DNA of 58,827 bases, from contig JBEBGD010000025.1 in NCBI GenBank assembly GCA_040081625.1, forward strand, positions 1 through 58,827, written 5' to 3'. Below are positions 28,408 to 38,835 of the stretch, piece after piece. This stretch comes from Chthoniobacteraceae bacterium. GTDB taxonomy: Bacteria > Verrucomicrobiota > Verrucomicrobiia > Chthoniobacterales > Chthoniobacteraceae. The position numbers and the translations under genes were made by a program. Under the pieces are notes generated by a model. The model was not told the DNA's origin and ran no database searches. It saw only the letters and a program-made list of their open reading frames with translations. Within the stretch, counting starts at the first letter, position 1, and each line of letters begins with the position of its first letter.

Positions 28408-30887
28408 CAGCGCCGATCCCGCCATACGACGAGCGGAAGCACGAAGAAAAACGTCGCCGCGAGGCACCACCCGACGCCGAGCGCGCACACCGTCCCGAGT
28501 CCGCGCAGCGCAGGGTTCTGCGCGGTGGCGAGCGAGCCGAAGCCGGCGAGCGTCGTGAGCCCGCTGAGCAGCACCGGCTTGAAGATGGTCGTCAGCTCGC
28601 GCTGCGGATCGGCGGCGCGCATCGCCACGACGACGTAGATGCCGTAATCCACGCCGACGCCGAGCACGAGGGGGAAGGCGAGCACGTTGAAAAGATTGAG
28701 CGGAATGCCGGCGAACTTGAGCGTCGCCAGCAGCGCGCCCACGGCGAGCGCGACTCCGGCGAAGAGGATCGCGATCGAGGAGCGCCGGCGGAAATAGAAC
28801 GTGAGGAGGATGGCGTTGAAAATGATCATCCCGCCGCTGAGCTGATAGAGCTTGGCCTTCGCCCACGGCACGAGATCGGCCAGCGTGTAAGCCCAGCCCG
28901 AGAAGTGCGCCTCGACTCCCGGCACTTCGATGGCGGCGCGCAGCGTTTCCTTCCCTGCGAAGTCGCGCACCGGTTGCGCCGGCGTGAGGTAGGCCACGCC
29001 GAGACTCGGCGCGGACTGCGCGAGGAACCGGTCGATGACGAACCACCACGGAGACTCCGCAGGCAGCGAGCGCCGCGGATCGAGCGCCGGCTCGGTGGAA
29101 AGCGCATCGAGCAAGCCGAACGCGGGCCGGAGCGACTCGGCGCTGAGATCCTCGCGCGCACCGGCGGCCTCGACCGCACGGCGCGACGCGGCGAGATCGA
29201 CGTGCGCGAGCGCGGCGCGATTGGCGGCGATTCGATGAGGCGAGAGAGCGAACGCGGCGGGTGAGTTTGCACCCGCCAATCGGCCGGTCCTCACCAACTC
29301 CGTCCAGTGCGCCTGCGCGCGCTGCCATGCGGCGTGGAACGCCTCAGGGTCCGGCGCGCTGATCACCGCCAGCACGGGCTCGACGGCCGCGGGCAGCTTT
29401 CGCTGGATGGTCCGCAATGCTTCGCCGGCGCGGCTGTTGCGCGGCTCGAGCGTCTTCGGATTTGCTTCGAACTGGAGCCGCCCGAAAGGCGCAAACCCGA
29501 GCAGTGCCAGCACCGCAAATCCGACGACGCCTGCGAGCGCGCGCCTCCGTGGCTGGGCGAAGACGTTCGCCACGAACCGGGTGCCGGTGAGCCGCAACGT
29601 ATCGCCCGGCCGCGGGCGATGCTTTGTGCCGAAGCAGACGAAGAAGACGGTCATCATCAGCGCGGCGGCTGCGAGGATGCCGAACGCGATGAGCACGCCG
29701 AGCTGCACGAATCCCGCGCATTCGCTCACGAGCAGGCAAAGGAATGCCGCAGCGGTCGTGAGCGCGCCGAAGGCGATCGCGTGGGCGTGTTTGCGAAGCG
29801 CATCGGCGATGGCCTGCTCATGGCTCAGCCCATGGTCGCGTTCGGCCTGATAGATCCCGAGCAACATCATCCCGAAATCCACGCCGAGCCCGACGAGGAT
29901 CGCGCACAGACCGATGGTGATCATGTTCAGTTCGCGAAAGACAAATGCGCCGAACGCGACCGACACGACGCAGCACAGCAAAAGCGTGTGCAAGATGGCG
30001 ATGAGCGGACGCACGCGCCGGAAGCCAATCCAAAACACGGCGGCCACGAGCAGCAGCGAGCTGCCAAGCGTCGAGATCACGTCGTTGCGCATCTTCAGCG
30101 ACAGCTCGCCGACGTAGGCGGTGCGGCCCGTGACGAGAACCTGCGGCTTCGCGCCATCCCACGACGCGAGCACGCGCCCGCGGAAATCCTCCACGCGGCG
30201 CATCGTCTCCTGGCAGGCGTGCGCGCCGAGATCCGGCTGACGCGCGAGCGCGAGCACGACGCGCAGCGTGCCGTCGGGAGAGTCGAGTGGACGCGTCTGC
30301 TCGATGGAAAACGAGCCCGCGAGCGGCTTCAACGCCGGCGCAACGATGCCGAGCGGATCGAACTCGAGATCAAACTCCGCCTTCGGCGAACCGGACTCGA
30401 GCGCCGCGCGCATCCGGGCCAACCGGGCATCGAGCGCCGCCGGTTCGAGCGCCTTGAGCGCGGCGGCAAAGTCGCCGGGTGCGAGGTTGAGCAGCAGCGG
30501 CGCGGCCAGCCGCGAGAGGTCGCGCACGCCATCGCTCGATTCCATCGGCGATTTCTCCATCGCGCGCTCGACCCACGGCTCCGCGCGCAGCTTCCCGGCG
30601 AAATGCTCGACGAATGCGTCGAGGTCGGTTTCCCCGCTCTCATCGACGATGGCGAACATGAGCTCGCGAGCCTGGCTGAACTCGCGGTCGAACTGCTTGA
30701 AGACGCGCACGCTGTCGAAGGTCCGCGGCAGCAGGTCGAGCACGTCGGACGCGAATCGCGCATGTCGCGCGAGCACGAGCACGCTCACCGCCGCCAGCAG
30801 CACGGCAAGCGCGGCGACCCGCCAGCGATGGTTTGCGAGCCAGTGCGCTAGACGCGCGGGCAAATCGGGACGCGGATCGTCGGCCAC
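28407..30887 (-). CDS. MMPL/RND family exporter
   Basis: Two TM bundles with GLGVDFG and GVGVDYG, ALTTAAAF and SGLTTLAGFGSL. Confidence 0.9.
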   Translation of the reverse strand: MADDPRPDLPARLAHWLANHRWRVAALAVLLAAVSVLVLARHARFASDVLDLLPRTFDSVRVFKQFDREFSQARELMFAIVDESGETDLDAFVEHFAGKLRAEPWVERAMEKSPMESSDGVRDLSRLAAPLLLNLAPGDFAAALKALEPAALDARLARMRAALESGSPKAEFDLEFDPLGIVAPALKPLAGSFSIEQTRPLDSPDGTLRVVLALARQPDLGAHACQETMRRVEDFRGRVLASWDGAKPQVLVTGRTAYVGELSLKMRNDVISTLGSSLLLVAAVFWIGFRRVRPLIAILHTLLLCCVVSVAFGAFVFRELNMITIGLCAILVGLGVDFGMMLLGIYQAERDHGLSHEQAIADALRKHAHAIAFGALTTAAAFLCLLVSECAGFVQLGVLIAFGILAAAALMMTVFFVCFGTKHRPRPGDTLRLTGTRFVANVFAQPRRRALAGVVGFAVLALLGFAPFGRLQFEANPKTLEPRNSRAGEALRTIQRKLPAAVEPVLAVISAPDPEAFHAAWQRAQAHWTELVRTGRLAGANSPAAFALSPHRIAANRAALAHVDLAASRRAVEAAGAREDLSAESLRPAFGLLDALSTEPALDPRRSLPAESPWWFVIDRFLAQSAPSLGVAYLTPAQPVRDFAGKETLRAAIEVPGVEAHFSGWAYTLADLVPWAKAKLYQLSGGMIIFNAILLTFYFRRRSSIAILFAGVALAVGALLATLKFAGIPLNLFNVLAFPLVLGVGVDYGIYVVVAMRAADPQRELTTIFKPVLLSGLTTLAGFGSLATAQNPALRGLGTVCALGVGWCLAATFFFVLPLVVWRDRR

Positions 30888-30893
30888 GCGCGG

Positions 30894-31316
30894 TCAGCGA
30901 TTGAAGATGAGCACGATCTTTTCTCCAGGTCGCTCACCGGGAATGACGAGCCGCTGCGGTGTCGCGGTCCCGAGACGCGCGAACGCCTCCGGCACCTCTG
31001 CCACCCATGCGCGCAGCGGAGCGGGTGCGTCACCCGCATTTCCACTCCATCGACCGCGCGCAAGCGCTCCCTCCGCGCGCGCGAGGTCGCCATGTCGGGC
31101 GACACGCAGCAGCGGCGCCGCGCCGCCTTTGCTCACATCGAGACGGAAATCCCCCGCGCGCCGTGAGGCGATGAACTCGCCGATGACGCTGCGTTCCGCT
31201 GTGACGTATTGGAGCTGGCCGGAGTAATTCATCCAGCGCGCATCCGGCTCGGGGAATGTCGGCAGGCTCGCGCAGCCGCCGAGAAGCGCGACGGCGGAAA
31301 GCAGGACGCGGTTCAC
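30894..31316 (-). CDS. Small lipoprotein
   Basis: Lipobox LLGGC at residue 14; GTGA overlap with the halogenase stop. Confidence 0.7.
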   Translation of the reverse strand: MNRVLLSAVALLGGCASLPTFPEPDARWMNYSGQLQYVTAERSVIGEFIASRRAGDFRLDVSKGGAAPLLRVARHGDLARAEGALARGRWSGNAGDAPAPLRAWVAEVPEAFARLGTATPQRLVIPGERPGEKIVLIFNR

Positions 31317-32578
31317 GTCAGTTCGGCGACGGGCTGCGTCGGTGCGGCGGCCTTACTCGCGAGCCGTGGGCAGAGCGGGTAGTGACGCTGGAGAAAAAGG
31401 ATGAGGTAGAAGATCTGCATCCGCCACCAGATGCCGAAGTCGCGTCCGAGATGGCCCGCGAGCACGGCGTTTACTGCGCCGGCGAGTTGGAATCGCTTCG
31501 TCGGGCTGGTAAACACCTCGATGAATTCAGGCCGATACCACGCGCTGACGAAGCGCAGATACTTGTTCATCACGCGGCGGAGTCCCTTCTCGTATCGCGC
31601 GAAGAGCCGCGGCTGCCGCGCCGGGTCGTCGAGCACCTGGCAGAGCACGTCGGCGCATTGCTCACCCGAGTGGATCGCCAGGAAGACGCCCGTGCTAAAA
31701 ATCGGATCGATGAAGCCCGCGGCGTCGCCGGCGAGCATCCATCGAGGGCCGGTGAGGCGCGCATTGCAATAGGAGTAGTCGCCGATGGCATACACCGGCG
31801 TGCGCCGTCGCGCGTCGCGCAACCGGTAGGTCATCACCGGCGAGGCGGCGACGGCTGCATCGAGCGCATCCTCCGGGGATTTCTTTCCCATCTTGAATGC
31901 GTCGATGTCCATCACCACGCCGACGCTCGTGCGCGTGTCGTCGAGAGGGATAAGCCAGAACCAATGGCCGTCGCCGCTGACCAGGCGGGTGAAGCCGGCC
32001 TCGATTCCCTCGTCGCGCTGGACGTGCTCGTAGTGGGCGAAGCAGGAGAATTTCCGCAGGTTAGGATACGGCTGCTTGAGTCCGAGTTGCTGGCCCACGA
32101 TCGCATTCCGACCGCTCGCATCGATCACGTAGTGCGCGCGGATTTCTCCGCCCGAGGTTTGGAGCGTGACGCCGTCGGCGGCGAAGTCCGCGCGCTCGAC
32201 GACCGTCTGCTCGCGGACATCCGCGCCGGCATCCCGTGCGCGATCGAGCAGCATCTGGTCGAACTTCGCGCGCTCGACCTGGTAGGCGCGCCGGTGCCGG
32301 AGGCGGAAACCGTTCTCAAAAAGAAACTTCACCGTGCGGGAGCCGCAGGCCGTGGCGATCTCCGCGCCGCGCTTGTCCACCGCCCAGCGATCGAGCTCCT
32401 CGCGCACGCCGAGCCGGTCGAAGGTGGAGAGTGAGTAAGGCAGCAGTGACTCGCCAATGTGAAAGCGCGGGAACTTCTCGCGCTCAATCACAATCACGCG
32501 TCGCCCGGCCTTCGCCAGCAAGGTGCCAGCCGTGCTCCCAGCCGGGCCGCCGCCGATGATCGCTACGTCGTATTGCAT
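31313..32578 (-). CDS. Flavin-dependent halogenase-like oxidoreductase
   Basis: GGGPAG, FPRFHIGESLLP, K in VDKRGA, WFWLIP (WxWxIP), GDAAGFIDPIFSTGV. Confidence 0.82.
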   Translation of the reverse strand: MQYDVAIIGGGPAGSTAGTLLAKAGRRVIVIEREKFPRFHIGESLLPYSLSTFDRLGVREELDRWAVDKRGAEIATACGSRTVKFLFENGFRLRHRRAYQVERAKFDQMLLDRARDAGADVREQTVVERADFAADGVTLQTSGGEIRAHYVIDASGRNAIVGQQLGLKQPYPNLRKFSCFAHYEHVQRDEGIEAGFTRLVSGDGHWFWLIPLDDTRTSVGVVMDIDAFKMGKKSPEDALDAAVAASPVMTYRLRDARRRTPVYAIGDYSYCNARLTGPRWMLAGDAAGFIDPIFSTGVFLAIHSGEQCADVLCQVLDDPARQPRLFARYEKGLRRVMNKYLRFVSAWYRPEFIEVFTSPTKRFQLAGAVNAVLAGHLGRDFGIWWRMQIFYLILFLQRHYPLCPRLASKAAAPTQPVAELT

Positions 32579-32609
32579 GTGCGCCGCACCTTATTCAGAT
32601 GCGGCGCAC
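32579..32609. promoter_or_regulatory. 10-bp inverted repeat overlapping the putative -10 box of the halogenase operon
   Basis: GTGCGCCGCA-ccttattcaga-TGCGGCGCAC; minus-strand TAAGGT lies in the loop, 9 nt before ATG. Confidence 0.5.
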
Positions 32610-32632
32610 TGCAAAGCGGGACCTTCCACGGC

Positions 32633-35600
32633 TCAACGATCCGGCGCGAAGCGCTTGCTGCCGACGACGCGGAAGCGGTAGGCGAACTCAAGCGGACGCG
32701 TCTGGGTGTTGGTCGGGATATACATGGGCGCGTCCACCTTGAACTTGTCGTCCACGATCTCGTCGCTGAATCGGCGGTCCTGCGGATCGAGGTAGCGCTC
32801 GATCTGCGATTCGCCGCGATACTCCGCCGAGATCGAGTCGTCTTTCTCGGTCCACTTGAGGAAGTCCTCGTCCTTGAGTCCGCGCTGCGGCCGCAGCTTC
32901 TGCACGCGCATGTGGACGGTGAAGGTGTTCGATTTCGTGGTCAGTCGCGAATAGAGATCGGCATATGGCTTCTCGCGGGTGTTATCACCGCCAAGGTTGT
33001 TCCTCTCCCAAAACTGCCGGATATCCGTGTCGCTCCGGTTCCACTTCGGTTCGGTCCCGCCGCCGAACAACTGCTTGTCGGTCTCGTCGAGCTTCGGATA
33101 GAGGAAACGCTCACAGATCTGGCTGGCCGATTTGTAGAACCGCTCATAGGAACGGTCCGCAAGATCGGGGTCATCGAAGAGCGAAACGATGCTCTTGATC
33201 GTCTCGTCGCGGTTGAGCGCGAGGCGGTAGTTATCCGCCAGCGGGGTGCCGGAGGGGGAGCCGAGCTTGTAGGCGCCCGACACGGTGCCGACTCTCAAGC
33301 GACTCGGCGGAACTGCCGTGATCCGCACTGATTGCAGTGCTGCACGCAGCGCCGTCGTCCGCCGGATGTATTTGAACGGCATGATCTCACAGTTCAGGTT
33401 CACCTTGCCGGCGGTCGAGAACGGCTCACTGATTGCATACGGTTCGATCACCGGCATCGTGAACAGATCGAGCAGCAGGTGATCCTTCGGAGACGTGTCA
33501 AAGCCTGGATGGTCCGCTTTTCCTTTCACAGTCCTGCTAGTCAAACTCGCCGGATTCGGGCTGAAACAGAGCGTCTGCCATGCAGATTTGACGCCGACGA
33601 GAAGCGATCCAAACATCACCGGCGACGGAACCTGCCGGCTTGGGCTGAAAAAGGCATCTGCAGCTTCGTCGTTATATTCGCTGATGTAATACGGATAGCG
33701 ATACCACCAATCGTTTGAGACGTCGGGGTTGGCCGTGTGGTCGTCGTCGCTTCGATCGACACGCCAGATGAGATGTCCCTCGTCGGGTTTGTTGCAGAGC
33801 GCGCCATCGGGATAACTGCCAATGCCGGTATCGAAGTCCCCCGGGAAGCCGTCCCGGCGTTTCACACCATTCACCAGCGTGCCCTCGATCTTCGCAGGGA
33901 GATCGGCAGCGCGTGTTCCGTAGGCTCCCACGCCGAGGCTGGTGCTACTCAAGTCGGCGAGGTTGCCGAATGCAAGCTTGCTCCCCGCGACGCCATAGCT
34001 CTTGCGCTCCCACGCAAATTGCTGGTTGCTCGTGTTGCCGATAAACCGCCCGTCCAGCGCTGTCGGTTCGATCGAGCAGGCCGCTGTAGTCGAGACGGCA
34101 CCCGCTGTGCCGGGCGTGAGGCTTATCCGACCGCTCGCATCCAGGGATTCGGTGCCGCTGAAGATGAATGGCGTGCCGCTCCCCGCGCGCAGGAGTTGCG
34201 TTTGAATCAGAGGCCCGGCCTGCCCGGCCGTATCGAGCCTCTGCACATGCCGGACGGTCTGACTGTCGTAGTCAGGTTTCAGAGGTTCGAAATCGAGCGT
34301 TTCGCCGCCTCTTGTGGTGTATCGGGTCAGCGCCACAATGCGGGTATCCAGATTGTTGTCTTTAGGCCGCGGCACCAGACTCCGAACGACATCTCCCGAT
34401 TGGATAATGTTTCTCCACTTGTTGTTAAAGCTGAAGCCACGAGCGGCGTTGTCGAAGAGTTCCTTGCCTTTTATGTCGAACTTTCCGTAAGGGTTGCCTT
34501 GATAAGCGCGTCCGCTCAGCGCCCAACATTCGTTCACCCACCAGATCCGATACGCGAGACTCTTCATGGCAGCCGGATAGCACGGGATTGTGGATCCCCT
34601 TTTGGTAATCAGAGCCGCCGACCAAGGATCAGTCCCGCGCCCCTGCCATGCGGTATTGAAAATCGTCGGATTCGGCTGCACCAGTTGATTCGGCCACGCG
34701 AATCCGCCCGGATCTTCCCAATAGGCATCCGAGGGCAGCGGGATGTCCTGCGCCCGGGGGAAGACCAGATTGATTCGCTGAAGCGGCTGATCGCCGAACA
34801 GCACCTGAAGTGTCGCCTCCATTCCTTCAAACGTAAAATTGGTCTGTCGTCCCGTGGTGCGGATGATCGGCACCTCGATGACATTGCTGGACTGGAAAGG
34901 ATACTCACCATCGCCCGGGCTGCTGGCGATATCTGTCTGGCCGACGGACGCCGGATACGGAGGCGGCGCGACATTAGGATTGGCAACACCATCGGCGCTC
35001 GGCGGGCCTGCTGGGTCCACAAACTTCCTTCCAAAGCCATGGAGAATGCCTTCCATACCGGCCGCGTCGCTTCCACTGGTGAAAGCTCCGGAGCGGATCC
35101 TGATTTCATTCCGGAGCGTCCCGCCCCCATTGAAGGTGAACGTCTGGAGACCCGTAGGTTGTCCTTGTGTGTCCCTGACCGATACTCTTGGCGGAACCCT
35201 GACTTCCATAGCGTGGATCAAGCGGAACGGGCGGAGGTTCCGATCGTCGGCGCTCGTGTCCTCGGGCCGGCAATACCCCTGCATGGGATTGAAGGTTTCA
35301 ACAACGAGGAACATGCGCATCAAGTGAGAGGTTACGCCCCGTGTCGTTTTTTCGCTGGGATCCCAGTAGGCTATGCCCTGACGGTCACGATAGCCGGCAT
35401 GGTAAAACACGATCGACACTTCCGACACCGTCGGGAATCGGCCGAAGCCGGTGAGGTCGTTGCCGCCCGGATTGAGCACCGTCGAACTCGGGAACTTGAT
35501 CGCCGCCGGAACGACTACGCCGCGTGGTGCAAAGCGGGTTCTGTCCATAGCCAGTCGATACGGAGCCGCCGCAGCATTGTTGTAAGGCAGGCCGGACGGA

Positions 35601-37558
35601 TTGATCGCGGGATCCTTGTCGAAGTAGGTATCACGAATGTTCACTCCCGAGCGGATATAGTCGAATATTTCCACTAGGATTTGGTCGCGGCTCCCTTTGT
35701 TTTCCGCTCCGTTGTATTTCTTGGCGAAGGTCTCGGTCTCGGTGAATCCGGGGACCGGTTGGTCGGTCAAGCCGGCCCGGTTTCCAGTGCCGCCCGAGAG
35801 ATACTCAGTGAGCAGCTTACGATTGCGGTCGATACCGGCGTCTGTGGCAGACTCGTAGGGATTATAGCGCTGGAACATGAAGAGCTGACCCACTTGGGGC
35901 GCGCCGGCTGCGCTTGGTTTCGGTAGCGGCCCCAAGGTAGAGCAAAATACGAGAAGGTTTTCGAGCGGGTTTCGACGCAGGGAATAATCCTTGTTCGTCG
36001 CATCCGACTGCCCAATCGCCCATGTGGGCCAGATGCTCACGCGGGGGCGGCCATAGAGGTTTAGTTCCGGTGCCTGGCTGTGGGCGGTGAGGAAGAAACG
36101 GTAGCTCTCGATAGCGTCGAGGTCGCTCTGCTTGAGCAGGTCTTCGGTCATCGCGGGAATGGGCTGATTGAACCAATTGGTTCCCGCCGTCTTCAAGAAC
36201 GCGTTCGATGGCTGCCGCTGATTGCTGTTGGTGGCGGGGTTGGCGATCGAGAAGAAGAACTCATCCACCGATGTAAAGAGTCGTTCCGACTTCAAGGGGA
36301 GCTTGTCATCGGAGGAGGTCGAAGAATAGGCTTTCCACGCGAGATGCCGGTCGCTGCCTCCCTTTGTGCCACCGGGTTGTAAGCGAGGCAGGACGCGATA
36401 AAGCTGCTCGGAAGTGAGGCGCGCCGGATCAAGCGCGTTTCCGGGATTGCTAAACACCAATCCGAGTGAAGTCGTGAATGGGTGACCCGGGTAGCGCTGG
36501 AACTCATTGCTCGGGGGCTGGGAGAGCGCGAGGCTGCCTTCGCCGGGCTTGAAGATGCCAAACTTCGTATCATCCAGCGCACCGCCGCGATCGAACATCG
36601 TGAAGAATCGCGGGGCATCCCAATACGATCCTGCATAGTTCTTCTTTTTCACGTCGGTGTCGTAGCCGGCTTTGTCGATATCCTTGGTCGTGAACCCGCC
36701 GGCGGTGTTGAGATTCACCTTGGAGGTGTCGTCATCAGTCCAGAATGCGACGCGGCCGACGATCGGATTGGCTTTGGTGGGCACCGTGGTATTGCCGGTC
36801 CCAGCCGCTTCCCATACAGCGGTCCGCCCGTCGTCCGCGGACATTGTCGGCGCCGTCAGGGTGCCATCGCGCAGGACGTATAGCCAGCGAACCGGCATGT
36901 TGGCGAGCGTCTCGTCGGTGACGCCGTTATCCGCATCGAGCGAGAAACCCTCGACCTTGAAGCTCTGGTTCGTGTCGTGAATGCTCAGCCGACTGGGGTT
37001 TGAACTATCGGAACGTGCCGCGAGCGCGGGATCAAAGATAGGATAACGTTTGATGATCGTTTCGTTAGCTTTGTTCGCCGGGTCGGTAAGCTTGAGGGTT
37101 ACGGGTTCATTAAGATCGGTCCAAAGCGCTGTCTGTTTCGGCCAATCCGCGTCAAACTCCTTGGCGGGATCGAACGCATTGGCGTTTTCCTTACTGACCG
37201 TCATGTCCGCGGAGGAATAGAGCTTGTAATAGCCGTAGGCCCGGTTCGAGGGCGTCGTGGTTGGCACGGTGCCCTTGGCAAAGGTTCGGATCATGCCGGG
37301 TTGGCTGGCCCATGCTCCATTCGGCACCGTGGTTCCTTCGCGAATCTGGCTTTGGACCAGGCCGACCACCGATTCCGCGAGTTGGCGGCTGGTGACGCCA
37401 TCCGAGTAACTGGCGGCGGATACCTGCTCGACGCTCATGCGTGTGAAGAAGGCGACTGCAAACGCCGAGAGCAGCAGGAGCAGCAGCAGCGTGATGACGA
37501 GCGCGATGCCGCGCCGGGCGGACGGCTGGCGAAGTGATGGGTTGGCGGTGTGGTTCAT
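32633..37558 (-). CDS. vccA: Verru_Chthon cassette protein A (large PilX-like protein)
   Basis: RRGIALVITL prepilin-like N-terminus; WASQPGMIR, YKLYSS, GRVAFWTDDDTSKVNLNTA, EFQRYPGHP, DHLLLDLF.MP, GDNTREKPY, LTTKSNTFTVH. Confidence 0.9.
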   Translation of the reverse strand: MNHTANPSLRQPSARRGIALVITLLLLLLLSAFAVAFFTRMSVEQVSAASYSDGVTSRQLAESVVGLVQSQIREGTTVPNGAWASQPGMIRTFAKGTVPTTTPSNRAYGYYKLYSSADMTVSKENANAFDPAKEFDADWPKQTALWTDLNEPVTLKLTDPANKANETIIKRYPIFDPALAARSDSSNPSRLSIHDTNQSFKVEGFSLDADNGVTDETLANMPVRWLYVLRDGTLTAPTMSADDGRTAVWEAAGTGNTTVPTKANPIVGRVAFWTDDDTSKVNLNTAGGFTTKDIDKAGYDTDVKKKNYAGSYWDAPRFFTMFDRGGALDDTKFGIFKPGEGSLALSQPPSNEFQRYPGHPFTTSLGLVFSNPGNALDPARLTSEQLYRVLPRLQPGGTKGGSDRHLAWKAYSSTSSDDKLPLKSERLFTSVDEFFFSIANPATNSNQRQPSNAFLKTAGTNWFNQPIPAMTEDLLKQSDLDAIESYRFFLTAHSQAPELNLYGRPRVSIWPTWAIGQSDATNKDYSLRRNPLENLLVFCSTLGPLPKPSAAGAPQVGQLFMFQRYNPYESATDAGIDRNRKLLTEYLSGGTGNRAGLTDQPVPGFTETETFAKKYNGAENKGSRDQILVEIFDYIRSGVNIRDTYFDKDPAINPSGLPYNNAAAAPYRLAMDRTRFAPRGVVVPAAIKFPSSTVLNPGGNDLTGFGRFPTVSEVSIVFYHAGYRDRQGIAYWDPSEKTTRGVTSHLMRMFLVVETFNPMQGYCRPEDTSADDRNLRPFRLIHAMEVRVPPRVSVRDTQGQPTGLQTFTFNGGGTLRNEIRIRSGAFTSGSDAAGMEGILHGFGRKFVDPAGPPSADGVANPNVAPPPYPASVGQTDIASSPGDGEYPFQSSNVIEVPIIRTTGRQTNFTFEGMEATLQVLFGDQPLQRINLVFPRAQDIPLPSDAYWEDPGGFAWPNQLVQPNPTIFNTAWQGRGTDPWSAALITKRGSTIPCYPAAMKSLAYRIWWVNECWALSGRAYQGNPYGKFDIKGKELFDNAARGFSFNNKWRNIIQSGDVVRSLVPRPKDNNLDTRIVALTRYTTRGGETLDFEPLKPDYDSQTVRHVQRLDTAGQAGPLIQTQLLRAGSGTPFIFSGTESLDASGRISLTPGTAGAVSTTAACSIEPTALDGRFIGNTSNQQFAWERKSYGVAGSKLAFGNLADLSSTSLGVGAYGTRAADLPAKIEGTLVNGVKRRDGFPGDFDTGIGSYPDGALCNKPDEGHLIWRVDRSDDDHTANPDVSNDWWYRYPYYISEYNDEAADAFFSPSRQVPSPVMFGSLLVGVKSAWQTLCFSPNPASLTSRTVKGKADHPGFDTSPKDHLLLDLFTMPVIEPYAISEPFSTAGKVNLNCEIMPFKYIRRTTALRAALQSVRITAVPPSRLRVGTVSGAYKLGSPSGTPLADNYRLALNRDETIKSIVSLFDDPDLADRSYERFYKSASQICERFLYPKLDETDKQLFGGGTEPKWNRSDTDIRQFWERNNLGGDNTREKPYADLYSRLTTKSNTFTVHMRVQKLRPQRGLKDEDFLKWTEKDDSISAEYRGESQIERYLDPQDRRFSDEIVDDKFKVDAPMYIPTNTQTRPLEFAYRFRVVGSKRFAPDR

Positions 37559-37573
37559 GGCGGGTTGGCGATG

Positions 37574-38830
37574 CTAGCTGGACTGCGCGCGGCTCCATTT
37601 GGCGCCGCGAATGATGACGGTGGTATTGAAGATGCGATAGGCGAGGCGCTTCGCGATGAGCTTCGCTTCCAACTCGGAGAGTTCGCCATCGGAAGGCTTG
37701 TCGGTGGTGCGGTCATCCTCGAGGCGCAGACTGCGCTTGAAGATTTCCTCGAGTTTCAGGTCGAAGCCTGGTTTGCCCTTTGTCGTCGGGTCTTCGTCCA
37801 AATTCCGCGCCGATGTTTCGTCCAGCGCGACTATCACGACCTGCACGGTGGGCGGGAGCTGATTCTTCGGGTTCACGTCCTCCGGGCGCTCGGAAGCCGT
37901 CAGCGGCTTGTTAGGCAGCAGCCGCGTGGTGTTCAGTGCGGAATCGAAAAAATAGGTCGGGCTGAGCACGATCCGGTCGTCGTCCGCACCGTTAAACTTC
38001 AGGTTCGGGTCGTTCTGGCGGGCGAGTTCATCGTTGCGGGAGAGGCGTGGAATGATGAGCAGTGCGATGATGTTCTCCGAGACGACGCGCACGGGCCGAT
38101 CCATCTCCGTGTCTATCCCGGAAACGGCTGCGCCGCCAATGAACCACCAGTTGCGAATTTCAGCCTTTTGCGCGGATGCGGCACCGGCGAATGGGGGCCA
38201 GTAGATGGGATTATGCTCTGTCGGTTGGCGGAATTCGAGAAGGCGGCTCCTGCGGCGCGGTTGGACCAGGTCTGTGAGCGGCTTGGGGATAAATTTGGTG
38301 TCGTCATCGACCTCGAGGAAATAGCCCCAGCAGTTGAGCGACTGGTCGAGCATGCCGATCGTGTCACGATCATCCACTTCACCGATCGGCGCCTGGAAAA
38401 AGACGCCATGGGTGGGGCGATCCGCCGTTCCGGTCGGGTCGATTTGCTCGTCCTTGGGCCCGGTATTCATCGGGCCTGACACGAATCGCAGCTCCGACTG
38501 CCGGCCATAGGCTGCCGGGACGAAGTTCTTAAACACATCATAGTTCGACTCGTTCCGGCGGGTGTTAGTCGTCGGACGCGGGTTGCCGTTCTTGTCGTAA
38601 TAGTCCCAGTAGGTATTCAGTGTCGCCTCGGCCAGTCGCCGGGTGAGCACCTCGAACCCACGGCGGGCCTCGGAGAACTGCTCGATCTTGGCCGAGGTGC
38701 GCTGGAAGCTGCGGGCGGTCAGGTCCGTCGCGCTGATGAGGATTCCGGCGAGGATCACCACGATCAGCGAGGCGACCATGACTTCGATCAGCGTGAAGCC
38801 CTCGCGGGCGGGAAGCGGGAGCGGTTTCAT
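37574..38830 (-). CDS. vccC: Verru_Chthon cassette protein C (prepilin-type N-methylation protein)
   Basis: G|FTLIEV; ATLNTYWDY, Y.RQSELRF, HGVFFQAP.G, LNCWGYF, NQLPP, AKWS. Confidence 0.9.
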   Translation of the reverse strand: MKPLPLPAREGFTLIEVMVASLIVVILAGILISATDLTARSFQRTSAKIEQFSEARRGFEVLTRRLAEATLNTYWDYYDKNGNPRPTTNTRRNESNYDVFKNFVPAAYGRQSELRFVSGPMNTGPKDEQIDPTGTADRPTHGVFFQAPIGEVDDRDTIGMLDQSLNCWGYFLEVDDDTKFIPKPLTDLVQPRRRSRLLEFRQPTEHNPIYWPPFAGAASAQKAEIRNWWFIGGAAVSGIDTEMDRPVRVVSENIIALLIIPRLSRNDELARQNDPNLKFNGADDDRIVLSPTYFFDSALNTTRLLPNKPLTASERPEDVNPKNQLPPTVQVVIVALDETSARNLDEDPTTKGKPGFDLKLEEIFKRSLRLEDDRTTDKPSDGELSELEAKLIAKRLAYRIFNTTVIIRGAKWSRAQSS

Positions 38831-38835
38831 GAAGG

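Noticed and set aside
33737..35677. 646-aa ORF antisense to vccA (likewise 15334-16998, 7973-9661, 19409-21046, 24897-26831)
   Set aside because: Stop-poor reverse frames are expected from GC3 bias; Arg/Gly-rich with no domain signal
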